Shown here piece by piece: positions 52,641 to 60,475 of a stretch of 64,000 bases of DNA. How positions within the stretch are numbered: position 1 is the stretch's first letter; each line of letters opens with the position of its first letter. This DNA comes from an uncultured Alphaproteobacteria bacterium. Lineage in GTDB: Bacteria > Pseudomonadota > Alphaproteobacteria > Rhizobiales > Xanthobacteraceae. The position numbers and the translations under genes were made by a program. The notes under the pieces are model-generated. The model was not told the DNA's origin and searched no databases. It saw only the letters and a list, made by a program, of their open reading frames with translations. The stretch lies in the NCBI GenBank assembly GCA_963702695.1, contig CAVPDS010000008.1, positions 85,979 to 149,978 of the forward strand, given 5' to 3'.

Positions 52641-53880
52641 TAGGCGATGGTTGCGGCAATCCCGGAGAGATGATGACAAGCACCGACCGAGCGGCCGCCT
52701 CGCCGAGAACATCCTTTACTTCGCCCGCGCCTTGCGTGCCGCCGGCATCCCAGTTGGCCCCGGGTCGGTGCTCGATGCTCTGGAGGCAGTGAAGGCCGCC
52801 GGCGTCGGCACGCGCGAGGACTTCTACTGGACGCTGCATGCGGTATTCGTGAAGCGGCGCGAGCATTCGATCCTGTTCGACCAGGCATTCCGGCTGTTCT
52901 TCCGCCGCCGCGCCTATCTCGACAAGCTGATGGCCTCGCTGCTGCCGCAGGCGCCGCCGCGCGAGGCCGAAGCGCCAAAGCCCGGGGCGCAGCGGATCGA
53001 GGAAGCGCTGTTCAAGGGCCTGCGCGAGTTCGAGCGCGACCAGCGGGAAATGGAAGTCGACGCCCGCCTCACGGTGTCGGATCGCGAAGTGCTGCAGAAG
53101 AGAGATTTCGCGCAGATGACGGCGGCCGAGGTCGCCGCTGCCAAGGAGGCGATCAAGCGGCTTGTGCTCTCGCTCGACCAAGTGAAGACACGCCGGCTGG
53201 CGCCGCATCCGCGCGGGCATCGCATCGACATGCGCCGCACGCTGCGTGCGAGCCTCAAGGCCGGTGGCGCGGTGATCGATCTAAAATACCTGGGGCCGCG
53301 CACCAAGGCGCCGCCGATCGTCGCGCTGCTCGATATTTCCGGCTCGATGAGCCAGTACACGCGCCTGTTCCTGCATTTCCTCCACGCGGTGACCGATGCG
53401 CGCAAGCGCGTGCACACATTCCTGTTCGGTACGCGGCTCACCAACGTCACCCGCGCGCTCAAGGCCAGGGACCCGGACGAAGCGCTGGCCGCCGTCGCCG
53501 CCAGCGTCGCCGACTGGTCCGGCGGCACCCGCATCGCGACCTCGCTGCACGCCTTCAACAAGCTGTGGGCACGCCGCGTGCTCACCCAGGGCGCGATCGT
53601 GCTGCTCATCACCGACGGGCTCGAGCGCGATCCTGATGACCGGCTCGGCTTCGAGATCGACCGCCTGCACCGGTCATGCCGCCGGCTGGTCTGGCTCAAC
53701 CCGCTGCTGCGGTTTTCCGGCTTCGAGGCCAAGGCCAAGGGCATCCGCGCGATGCTGCCGCATGTTGACGAATTGCGTCCGATCCACAATCTGGAGTCCA
53801 TGGGCGAATTGGTTCGCGCACTCTCCGCCAGCGGGCGACGGGCGGACAATCCGAGGGCGTGGCTGGAGAAAGTCGCGTAG
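52549..53880 (+). CDS. coxE: VWA domain protein CoxE
   Basis: RLAENILYFARALRAAGIPVGPG N-terminal region, and a VWA MIDAS motif (LLDISGSM). The start is uncertain. ATG 52549 overlaps the pseudogene. An in-frame TTG at 52651 gives a shorter N-terminus closer to the short lead-in I recall for CoxE-type proteins. Confidence 0.85.
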   Translation: MRTRRDRLHPANLPGAVAGTPGGAARKSTSDRRWLRQSRRDDDKHRPSGRLAENILYFARALRAAGIPVGPGSVLDALEAVKAAGVGTREDFYWTLHAVFVKRREHSILFDQAFRLFFRRRAYLDKLMASLLPQAPPREAEAPKPGAQRIEEALFKGLREFERDQREMEVDARLTVSDREVLQKRDFAQMTAAEVAAAKEAIKRLVLSLDQVKTRRLAPHPRGHRIDMRRTLRASLKAGGAVIDLKYLGPRTKAPPIVALLDISGSMSQYTRLFLHFLHAVTDARKRVHTFLFGTRLTNVTRALKARDPDEALAAVAASVADWSGGTRIATSLHAFNKLWARRVLTQGAIVLLITDGLERDPDDRLGFEIDRLHRSCRRLVWLNPLLRFSGFEAKAKGIRAMLPHVDELRPIHNLESMGELVRALSASGRRADNPRAWLEKVA

Positions 53881-53917
53881 AGATATGGCGTTGCGGGCTT
53901 GTGTCATCTGGGAGATT

Positions 53918-54013
53918 GTCATCCCGGGCGGCCCGAAGGGCGGAGCTGGGACCAAACTTGCTACGTGCGTTGAGAGTTGGGTCCCGGCTCTCGCTTCGCT
54001 CGGCCAGGATGAC
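53918..54013. repeat. Pair of roughly 35-bp REP elements in inverted orientation
   Basis: gtcatcccgggcggcccgaagggcggagctgggacc (53918-53953) and ggtcccggctctcgcttcgctcggccaggatgac (53980-54013). The ends gtcatcc / gggacc are shared after reverse-complementing one copy. Confidence 0.6.
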
Positions 54014-54054
54014 AGGCCCGTTGTCCGGATAAATTTTTAGATGGAGATGTGAGC

Positions 54055-54384
54055 ATGGACACCCTTGCGCGAGACGACGATATCCTCAAAGCCGCGGAAG
54101 AATGGCGTAAGGCCGGACGCGGGGTTGCGCTCGCGACCGTGGTCGAGACCTGGGGCTCGGCGCCGCGGCCGGTCGGCTCCAACCTGGTGATCGACAGCGA
54201 GGGCAATTTTCTGGGCAGCGTGTCGGGCGGTTGCGTCGAGGGTGCGGTCGTCACCGAGGCGCTCGACGTGATCGAGAGCGGCAAGCCGAAGACCCTGGAA
54301 TTCGGTGTCGCCGACGAGGCCGCCTGGAAGGTCGGGCTCTCCTGCGGCGGCACCATCCGGGTCTACGTGGAAAAGGTCGACTGA
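54055..54384 (+). CDS. XdhC/CoxI family protein (N-terminal-domain-only type)
   Basis: AEEWRKAGRGVALATVVETWGSAPRPVGSNLVIDSEGNFLGSVSGGCVE. ATG 54055 with GGAG 8 nt upstream. Confidence 0.8.
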   Translation: MDTLARDDDILKAAEEWRKAGRGVALATVVETWGSAPRPVGSNLVIDSEGNFLGSVSGGCVEGAVVTEALDVIESGKPKTLEFGVADEAAWKVGLSCGGTIRVYVEKVD

Positions 54385-54402
54385 TACGAGACGCTTGCAT
54401 GC

Positions 54403-54511
54403 GTCGTCCCGGCGAGCGCGGGGATCCATACTCTCGCGCGTGAGATTTCTCGCCGACAGTTGCATAGCCCCAAGGACACGGCGTATGGGTCCCCGCCTTC
54501 GCGGGGACGAC
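54403..54511. repeat. Pair of roughly 28-bp REP elements in inverted orientation
   Basis: gtcgtcccggcgagcgcggggatccata (54403-54430) compared with tatgggtccccgccttcgcggggacgac (54484-54511). The reverse complement of the second is gtcgtccccgcgaaggcggggacccata. Confidence 0.6.
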
Positions 54512-54553
54512 AGTTGCCTCGATTCCGGATGATTGCGCGCGGGAGGATGCACG

Positions 54554-54868
54554 ATGATTGTCTGGTCGGGTTGGGGGTTCCTGGTCATCGTTGCCGCGAT
54601 CATCGGCCTCTTTGTCGGCATCGCGATATTCCATGAAGGCTGGTGGGCGATTGCGGTCGGGATCCTTTTGGCGGCGGCCGCGAATTTCGGCCTCAGCCAC
54701 CTGCTCGATCGCCGCAAAGAGCGCGTGCTCATCGATCCAGCCACCAACCGGCAAGTCGTGTTGCGCAATCGCGACAGTTTGTTTTTCATTCCGGTGCGGT
54801 ACTGGTCCGCGATCTATCTCGCTCTCGGATTGATCCTGATCGGGGTCGCGCTGGTGGGCAAACGCTAA
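54554..54868 (+). CDS. Small hypothetical membrane protein
   Basis: MIVWSGWGFLVIVAAIIGLFVGIAIF..., with 3-4 TM segments. GGGAGGA 6 nt upstream of ATG 54554. Confidence 0.55.
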   Translation: MIVWSGWGFLVIVAAIIGLFVGIAIFHEGWWAIAVGILLAAAANFGLSHLLDRRKERVLIDPATNRQVVLRNRDSLFFIPVRYWSAIYLALGLILIGVALVGKR

Positions 54869-54874
54869 AGCATG

Positions 54875-55098
54875 ATGATCCCGAAAAGTTGCAGACTTTT
54901 CGGATCGGATCATGCGACCAATCAAAGAGCATGATCCCGAAAAGTTGCAGACTTTTCGGATCGGATCATGCGACCAATCAAAGAGCATGATCCCGAAAAG
55001 TTGCAGACTTTTCGGATCGGATCATGCGACCAATCAAAGAGCATGATCCCGAAAAGTTGCAGACTTTTCGGATCGGATCATGCGACCAATCAAAGAGC
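54875..55098. repeat. Perfect tandem repeat, 4 x 56 bp, each unit containing a hairpin
   Basis: The unit atgatcccgaaaagttgcagacttttcggatcggatcatgcgaccaatcaaagagc occurs at 54875, 54931, 54987 and 55043 with no mismatch seen. Each unit has the stem ccgaaaagt/acttttcgg with loop tgcag. The array begins 7 nt after the stop of the upstream gene. Confidence 0.9.
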
Positions 55099-55184
55099 AG
55101 CGGAGCAAGAATTCCTCAATCTGAAGCGATCTTGCTCCAGCCCTGCTCCGCTCATTCCCGCGCAAGCAAGTCGAGCCTAACTCT

Positions 55185-55745
55185 TCAACGCTCCCAGCTC
55201 ACCAGCGTCACCTCGCGCGCGGCGTCGAGCACGCGCTGCCTGCCGGGCTTGAGTCCGTGACTCGCGAGCACGTCTTCCGGTGTGCGGTCCGGGCCGACCG
55301 CGGGGAATACCGGGCGCCCGCCCGGGAGGCGGACATGGGCGGCGCGGGTGAGGTGGAAGGCGTCATAGCCGATCGTGAGGAAGAGTTCGTTGGGCTCCGG
55401 CCCGCCGATCACGGCGATCATGCCCTCCGGCGCGCCGAGTTCCGCCAGTGCCTGATCGAGGGAAGCGCCCTGCGGATTCCACAACAGCGATTTCGGATGC
55501 GCGGGATCGGGTGCGAGCGCTGCAATCCGCCGGGTCAGCACCAGCCGGTGGCGCAGCTTGGCGCGCGCGCCGCCCTCGTGCGAATGCTGGCCGTGCACCA
55601 CGACAGCCGCGTGTTCGAGGCGGCCATGGAAGAACTTCTGGTCGGCCTCGACCTTGAGCGCCTCCGGGATCTGGCGGTTCGCGTCCGCCAGCATGCCATC
55701 CTCGGAAATGATGGCGTAGCCTTCGATGCGCCTTCGCTCGGGCAT
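55185..55745 (-). CDS. RibD C-terminal/dihydrofolate-reductase-like domain protein
   Basis: MPERRRIEGYAIISEDGMLADANRQIP...VVVHGQHSHEGG...LVLTRR, about 186 aa. The family assignment is tentative. ATG at 55743-55745. Confidence 0.5.
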   Translation of the reverse strand: MPERRRIEGYAIISEDGMLADANRQIPEALKVEADQKFFHGRLEHAAVVVHGQHSHEGGARAKLRHRLVLTRRIAALAPDPAHPKSLLWNPQGASLDQALAELGAPEGMIAVIGGPEPNELFLTIGYDAFHLTRAAHVRLPGGRPVFPAVGPDRTPEDVLASHGLKPGRQRVLDAAREVTLVSWER

Positions 55746-55752
55746 GGCGGCC

Positions 55753-55914
55753 TTAGAACACGGCCAGATAGCGCAGCAGCGACAGCACGCCGATGACAAT
55801 GACCACGACTTGCACGATCTGCTTGGCGCGGCCGTCGAGCGGCAACATGTTCACGAGATAAAGAACGAGAATAACCACCAGGAAGGTGATCAGAACACTG
55901 ATGAGCATCGACAT
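55753..55914 (-). CDS. 53-aa hydrophobic membrane protein (below the ORF-track length cutoff)
   Basis: My own translation is MSMLISVLITFLVVILVLYLVNMLPLDGRAKQIVQVVVIVIGVLSLLRYLAVF*. AAAGGA lies about 9 nt upstream of ATG 55912-55914. The stop is 8 nt before the next gene's ATG. It resembles the two-TM Thivi_2564-type small proteins. Confidence 0.55.
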   Translation of the reverse strand: MSMLISVLITFLVVILVLYLVNMLPLDGRAKQIVQVVVIVIGVLSLLRYLAVF

Positions 55915-56107
55915 CGGCGGCTATCCTTTCGCGGCCATGGCAAAGCTCGGACACTGTACGGATTTTTGACCGCGTTGCCATCCGGCCGCAGAAGCAAATC
56001 CCCCGCGACAAGGGCGAGATCGCAGCATCGCGCGGCCGCGAGATCAAGTCGCGCGCCAATCAGATAGTGCGCATCTGCGTCGTGGGGCGACCGGATGAAA
56101 TTTGTTG

Positions 56108-56142
56108 CGAAAAACAAACGCGGCGCCCGTCAGGGCGCCGCG
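56108..56142 (-). terminator. Rho-independent terminator downstream of the dienelactone hydrolase gene
   Basis: gcggcgccc (56120-56128) pairs with gggcgccgc (56133-56141) around a GTCA loop. On the minus strand it is followed by TTTGTTTTT (56110-56118). Confidence 0.65.
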
Positions 56143-56166
56143 CTCGCGTTCAGCACTGCGTGCGAT

Positions 56167-57051
56167 TTAAGACAGCACGCCGTATTTCTTGAACCACGCC
56201 GCCATCTTGTTCCAGCCATCCGTCGCCGCGTCGGCTCGGTAGCTCGGCCGGTAGTCGGCGTGGAAGCCGTGCGGCGCGCCCGGATAGATGTGGAATTCGG
56301 CGGTCTTGTGGAGGGCCTTGAGCTTCTCCTCCATCTCGTGGACCTGCTCCGGCTTGATGCCGGTATCTTCCGCGCCATAGAGGCCGAGCACCGGCTCCTT
56401 CACCTCGGAGGCGAGTTCGAGCGAGGTCTTTCCTCCGGGCGGCGTATCGCCGAGGCTGCCGTAGAACGCGACGCCGGCCTTGAGGTTGGCGTTGTGGGTC
56501 GAGTAGTGCCACACGGTGCGGCCGCCGCGACAGAAGCCCATGATCCCGAGCTTGTTGGTATCGCCCCCCTGCGACTTCGCCCACGCCACCGTCGCGTCGA
56601 GATCCGCGAACAGCTCGGCGTCGGTCTTGGCGTTGACGATCGGCATCAGGTCGGGCTGCTGGGTGATCTTGGTCAGGTCGCCCTTGCGGAAGTAATAGTC
56701 CGGCGCGACCGCGAGCGCGCCGAGCTTGGCGAGCCGGCGGGTGACGTCCCTGATGTATTCCGTCAGGCCGAAGATCTCCATCGAGACCAGGATCACCGGC
56801 GGGTTCTGCGCATTGGCCGGCTTTGCGTAGTAGACCGGCATTTCGCCGCCCTCGACCTTGACCTTGGCATCGCCGGCGGTGAGGCCGTTAGTGTCGGTCT
56901 TGATCGCGTCCGCGCGCACCGGGCCGGCGGCGAGCGTGTAGCCGGCAGCCGCGGCGGCCGACGCCGACATGAAGAAGCCGCGACGCGACAGCGGCGGCAC
57001 CATGTGAGCAAGCCCGACGATGTCGTCAGGCAGTTTGGTGTGAGCGTTCAT
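56167..57051 (-). CDS. Tat-exported dienelactone hydrolase family protein
   Basis: Twin-arginine signal SRRGFFMSASAAAAAG. Nucleophile motif GFCRGG (Cys-type DLH). C-terminal PHGFHAD. Confidence 0.85.
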   Translation of the reverse strand: MNAHTKLPDDIVGLAHMVPPLSRRGFFMSASAAAAAGYTLAAGPVRADAIKTDTNGLTAGDAKVKVEGGEMPVYYAKPANAQNPPVILVSMEIFGLTEYIRDVTRRLAKLGALAVAPDYYFRKGDLTKITQQPDLMPIVNAKTDAELFADLDATVAWAKSQGGDTNKLGIMGFCRGGRTVWHYSTHNANLKAGVAFYGSLGDTPPGGKTSLELASEVKEPVLGLYGAEDTGIKPEQVHEMEEKLKALHKTAEFHIYPGAPHGFHADYRPSYRADAATDGWNKMAAWFKKYGVLS

Positions 57052-57162
57052 GGCAGTCCTCCCTTGGCATCGAAGGGGCTTGCAACAGGCAAGCCCCGGT
57101 AGGTCCGACGTTGAGTTCAGTTATAGGCTTCGCGTGTGACGGCTTGTCAACGCCGCCTGGAG

Positions 57163-57738
57163 CTATTCGACGCGATCAAGCTCCTTGACGATGGCGTCGA
57201 TCACGCGGGCATCCATGGGCTCGATCTCGGTCGGGAACACGGCGGCGATATGGCCGTCGCGGCCGATCAGATATTTGTGAAAATTCCAGTGCGGCGTCTG
57301 GAGCGGCTTCTGCAGCGCCGCCCACTTGTAGAACGGATGCGGCGAGGGCCCCTTGACGACGGCCTTCGCGGTGAGCGGGAAGGTGACGCCGTATTCGTCA
57401 TGTGCGGTCTTCATGATGTCGGCTGGGCCGCCCGGCTCCTGGCCGCCGAAATCGTTTGAGGGCACGCCGACGATCATCAGTCCGCGGTCGTGGTAGCGGG
57501 TCCAGAGCTGCTGCAGGCCGGTATATTGCGGAGTGTAGCCGCACAGCGAGGCTGTGTTCACGATCAGGATCGGCTTGCCGGCGTAGTCGGCCAGACGGAC
57601 ATTGCCGCCTTCAAGGCCGTCGAACACAAAGGCATAGGCGGTGATGCGGCTCATGCCGCCCGATTGTGCAAGCGCGGCTGCGGGGGTGGCAAGGGCTCCG
57701 GCAGCGAGGGCAAGAAGCTGTCTGCGATCGGTGATCAT
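57163..57738 (-). CDS. Glutathione peroxidase (exported)
   Basis: Signal peptide MITDRRQLLALAAGALATPAAALA. NTASLCGYTPQY (peroxidatic Cys), VGVPSNDFGGQEP and WNFHKYLI. ATG 57736-57738 with GAGAGG upstream. The rest of the 400-aa track ORF is an artefact. Confidence 0.9.
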   Translation of the reverse strand: MITDRRQLLALAAGALATPAAALAQSGGMSRITAYAFVFDGLEGGNVRLADYAGKPILIVNTASLCGYTPQYTGLQQLWTRYHDRGLMIVGVPSNDFGGQEPGGPADIMKTAHDEYGVTFPLTAKAVVKGPSPHPFYKWAALQKPLQTPHWNFHKYLIGRDGHIAAVFPTEIEPMDARVIDAIVKELDRVE

Positions 57739-58164
57739 GTGGCCCTCTCGGATTTGCGCTGGGATTGGGCTTTGCTCTATCATTTTTCCATTGGGCCGCA
57801 AAGGTGGCGTCCTGGCCGATCGGTGCGCCTTGGCCGATGTCGAGCAGAGCGACGACCTCGGCGGATTACTGTAGGCAGCGGCACGCTGCGCGAGAACCCG
57901 AACTATATGGGGTCGCCTCGCTCGGCTTCGCGCCGTCGTGGAGAACATCATGGAGGCGACTGGCGCCGGGTCGCTTCCGACTATGGCGCCGGGAAGTGCA
58001 ACCTGCGGCGCGGACTGCATGCGGCCGGCAAGACGGATTTCGACTATTTCCCCTAGAACTCGCGCCGGGCGGGTTCTGGGTGGTAACGGAGCCGCGCTCG
58101 GATGCTGCGATGCAACCTTTGGAGCATGACGCGCGTTGAGCCGCATGTGGCGAGGTGTGGCTTG

Positions 58165-58386
58165 ATGGCAGGTCCGGGCGATTTCCGTAAATTCGCGCAA
58201 GTCTGCGTCGAGATGGCGAATGATGTCGCCAGCGCCGAGCACCGCACCTGGTTGCTCGACATGGCCATTACCTGGCGCCGGCTGGCCGAGGACGCCGAGC
58301 GTTTCGAGCAGATGCTGCGCGAGGTCGATGAGACTTTCGATCCGCCGCGGCCGCGCGAGCGGCACCCGAGCCGGCGCACCAGCTAG
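58165..58386 (+). CDS. Small hypothetical helical protein
   Basis: MAGPGDFRKFAQVCVEMANDVASAEHRTWLLDMAITWRRLAEDAERFEQMLREVDE... GAGGTG lies 7 nt upstream of ATG 58165. In-frame alternative starts at 58102 and 58126. Confidence 0.45.
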   Translation: MAGPGDFRKFAQVCVEMANDVASAEHRTWLLDMAITWRRLAEDAERFEQMLREVDETFDPPRPRERHPSRRTS

Positions 58387-58425
58387 GAGCTGGTCCCGGC
58401 CGTCAACGGAACCGGCAGCAAACGC

Positions 58426-58692
58426 TTATTGGCCATATTTCTCCAGCACGGCGCGGCAGGCTGGGGCCAACCGCGCGCGGTTTGCCTGGAAGCAGGACAG
58501 CACCCGCATCTGGTCAGGAATGTACTGCCGGCAGAGCCGCTGGGCGTCCGGCCCGCAGGCGGCCTGGTCCTCCGGGGTGCCCTGCATATTAATCAGGGGC
58601 AGCGGGACCGGCAGTGGCAGTGGAAGTTGGGCCAGCGCGACCCCGCTGCCGCCGATCAAGGCCGCAAGCGCAAAAATAAGCTTTCGGATCAT
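58426..58692 (-). CDS. Small secreted cysteine-rich repeat protein
   Basis: Signal peptide MIRKLIFALAALIGGSGVALA, then two C..D...LC / ...SCF......L...C modules (4 Cys). GGAGGGG upstream of ATG 58690-58692. Confidence 0.6.
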   Translation of the reverse strand: MIRKLIFALAALIGGSGVALAQLPLPLPVPLPLINMQGTPEDQAACGPDAQRLCRQYIPDQMRVLSCFQANRARLAPACRAVLEKYGQ

Positions 58693-58878
58693 CGATTCCC
58701 CTCCGCGTGACCGCTCACCGAGGATAGCATGCCCTCGCAAGTCTTTGGTGCGGCTTGAAAACATCAGGTGAATAATAAAAAGCGAGTTCCAACGAGTTCC
58801 AGGGCGCGGCGCGCGAGGGCGGAACCCCGCCCAAACTCGGAGGTTGGTCTGCGGTGACAGTTCAGGAGGAACACCGCG

Positions 58879-59199
58879 ATGACTGACTTTCGTGACCCCA
58901 ACTACCGCGATCCCGATTACCCGCGAGATCCGACACTCCCGCCCCGCGATATCGCAGCGGGCGGCGGCTGGTCCGGCATGACCTGGGCGTGGATCGCCGG
59001 CGTCGCCGTCGTCGTGCTGGTGCTGGTGTTTGTGTTCAACTCCGGCCCGAACACCAATACCGCGACCGACGCCACCAATCCGCAGTCCACCACGACCGGG
59101 ATGGGTCAGCGTTCCACCCCTGCACCAATCCCAGCACCGGCGCCTTCGACCCAGCCTGCGGCCCCGATGAACCAGCCGGCCTCTCCGGCTCCGAAATAA
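58879..59199 (+). CDS. Hypothetical single-pass membrane protein with Pro/Thr-rich tail
   Basis: CAGGAGGA RBS, one TM helix (WAWIAGVAVVVLVLVFVF), and a strong terminator immediately downstream. Confidence 0.55.
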   Translation: MTDFRDPNYRDPDYPRDPTLPPRDIAAGGGWSGMTWAWIAGVAVVVLVLVFVFNSGPNTNTATDATNPQSTTTGMGQRSTPAPIPAPAPSTQPAAPMNQPASPAPK

Positions 59200-59225
59200 A
59201 TCTTCATCGTGCATTCTAAAGTCGC

Positions 59226-59257
59226 AAAAACCCCGGCCTTAAGGCCGGGGTTTTTTG
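59226..59257 (+). terminator. Rho-independent terminator (symmetrical, A-tract/T-tract flanked)
   Basis: aaaaaccccggcc (59226-59238), ttaa, then ggccggggttttt (59243-59255), followed by a further T at 59256. Confidence 0.75.
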
Positions 59258-59340
59258 TCGCGAGCCGACGCCTGGACGCAGAACGCCGGATCGGCTCTGA
59301 TCCGCGACGAACAAAAGCTTCGGACTCGGGAGACGGATTG

Positions 59341-60288
59341 ATGAACGTGAAAGCATTTGCGTTCGCCATGCTGGCGCTGACCGCCGGCGCTCAGAGCGCC
59401 GTGGCGCAAGACATGCTCAAGGTCTCGGTGCCGCAGCGCGGCTCCTGGGATACCGGCATTTCCGATCTCGGCCAGCAAGCCGGCATCTTCAAGAAGCACG
59501 GCCTCGTGCTCGACATTCTCTACACCGAGGGCGGCGCGGAATCGCAACAGGCCGTCATCGCCGGCAGCATGGACATCGCGGTCGGCGTGGGCGTCGGCAG
59601 CGTCCTCAGCGCGTTTGCGCATGGCGCGCCGGTGCGCGTGTTCAGCGGCGAGATGATCGGCTCGCCCAATCAATACTGGTACGTCCCCGTGGCTTCACCG
59701 ATCCGCAAGATCGAGGACGCGGCCGGCAAGACCATCGGCTATTCGGTCACCGGATCGTCGAGCCATTCGGCCCTGCTGGAGCTGCTGGCGCAGCACCATG
59801 TCACCGCCAAGCCGACGGCGACCGGCGGCATGCCCTCGACGCTGACCGCGACCATGACCGGGCAGATCGACGTCGGCTGGGGCTCGGCCCCGTTCGGCGT
59901 GGACCTCGTCGACTCCGGCAAGATCCGCATCATCGGGCGCGGTAGCGAAATCAAGGCCCTCAATGGGCGTACGGTGCGCTGGAACATCACCAACCTCGAC
60001 ATGCTGACCAAGCGCAAGGACGTGCTGGTTCGCTTCATGCAGGCCTACCGTGAAAGCATCGACTGGATGTACAGCGATCCCGCCGCCATCAAGAGCTACG
60101 CCCAGTTTACCAAGCTTCCCGAAAGCCAGGTGAAGAGCGTGCGTGATTACATACCGAAGACGGCGGTCGATCCCGACCGGATCGCCGGAATGAACGAGAT
60201 CATCGATGACTCGGTGAAGCTCAAGTTCCTGCCGGCGCCTTTGACCGCACAGCAGGTCAAGGACATGGTGCAGATGCAGCCGCGCTAG
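59341..60288 (+). CDS. ABC transporter substrate-binding protein (NMT1/THI5-like, sulfonate/nitrate/taurine type)
   Basis: Signal peptide MNVKAFAFAMLALTAGAQSAVA, then a type II PBP-like sequence. No cognate permease or ATPase gene is adjacent in the window. Confidence 0.7.
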   Translation: MNVKAFAFAMLALTAGAQSAVAQDMLKVSVPQRGSWDTGISDLGQQAGIFKKHGLVLDILYTEGGAESQQAVIAGSMDIAVGVGVGSVLSAFAHGAPVRVFSGEMIGSPNQYWYVPVASPIRKIEDAAGKTIGYSVTGSSSHSALLELLAQHHVTAKPTATGGMPSTLTATMTGQIDVGWGSAPFGVDLVDSGKIRIIGRGSEIKALNGRTVRWNITNLDMLTKRKDVLVRFMQAYRESIDWMYSDPAAIKSYAQFTKLPESQVKSVRDYIPKTAVDPDRIAGMNEIIDDSVKLKFLPAPLTAQQVKDMVQMQPR

Positions 60289-60475
60289 ACTAGATGCGGG
60301 CCACCGCTTATCACTTCGGATTGCGCCGCAGCGCCGACGGTTACCATCCCGACGCCGTGCAGCAGGTGACGCTCGACGCGGTGGCATCGCGCAGCAAAGC
60401 ACGGTAGCCTGCGAGTGAGCGACGGAAATTTGCACAACGCGCCGCCAAGCGCGCGCAGCGGCTGGGAGGACACCC

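Noticed and set aside
52664-52700. A further frameshift at the coxE start (GGAGAG-ATGATG in frame 2, then RLAENILYF in frame 1)
   Set aside because: This is plausible, but in-frame alternatives exist (TTG 52651 and ATG 52549). The evidence is weaker than for the other four indels. It is mentioned only as start-site ambiguity.
54875-55098. Could the 56-bp repeat array be a CRISPR locus?
   Set aside because: The units are directly abutting with no unique spacers. The unit is longer than typical CRISPR repeats. No cas genes are nearby. It is a simple tandem repeat of a REP-like hairpin.
57739-58164. Possible coding sequence or pseudogene in the 425-nt spacer upstream of the glutathione peroxidase gene
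   Set aside because: None of the frames gave a recognisable motif or a convincing RBS/start combination. It is left as non-coding or promoter region.
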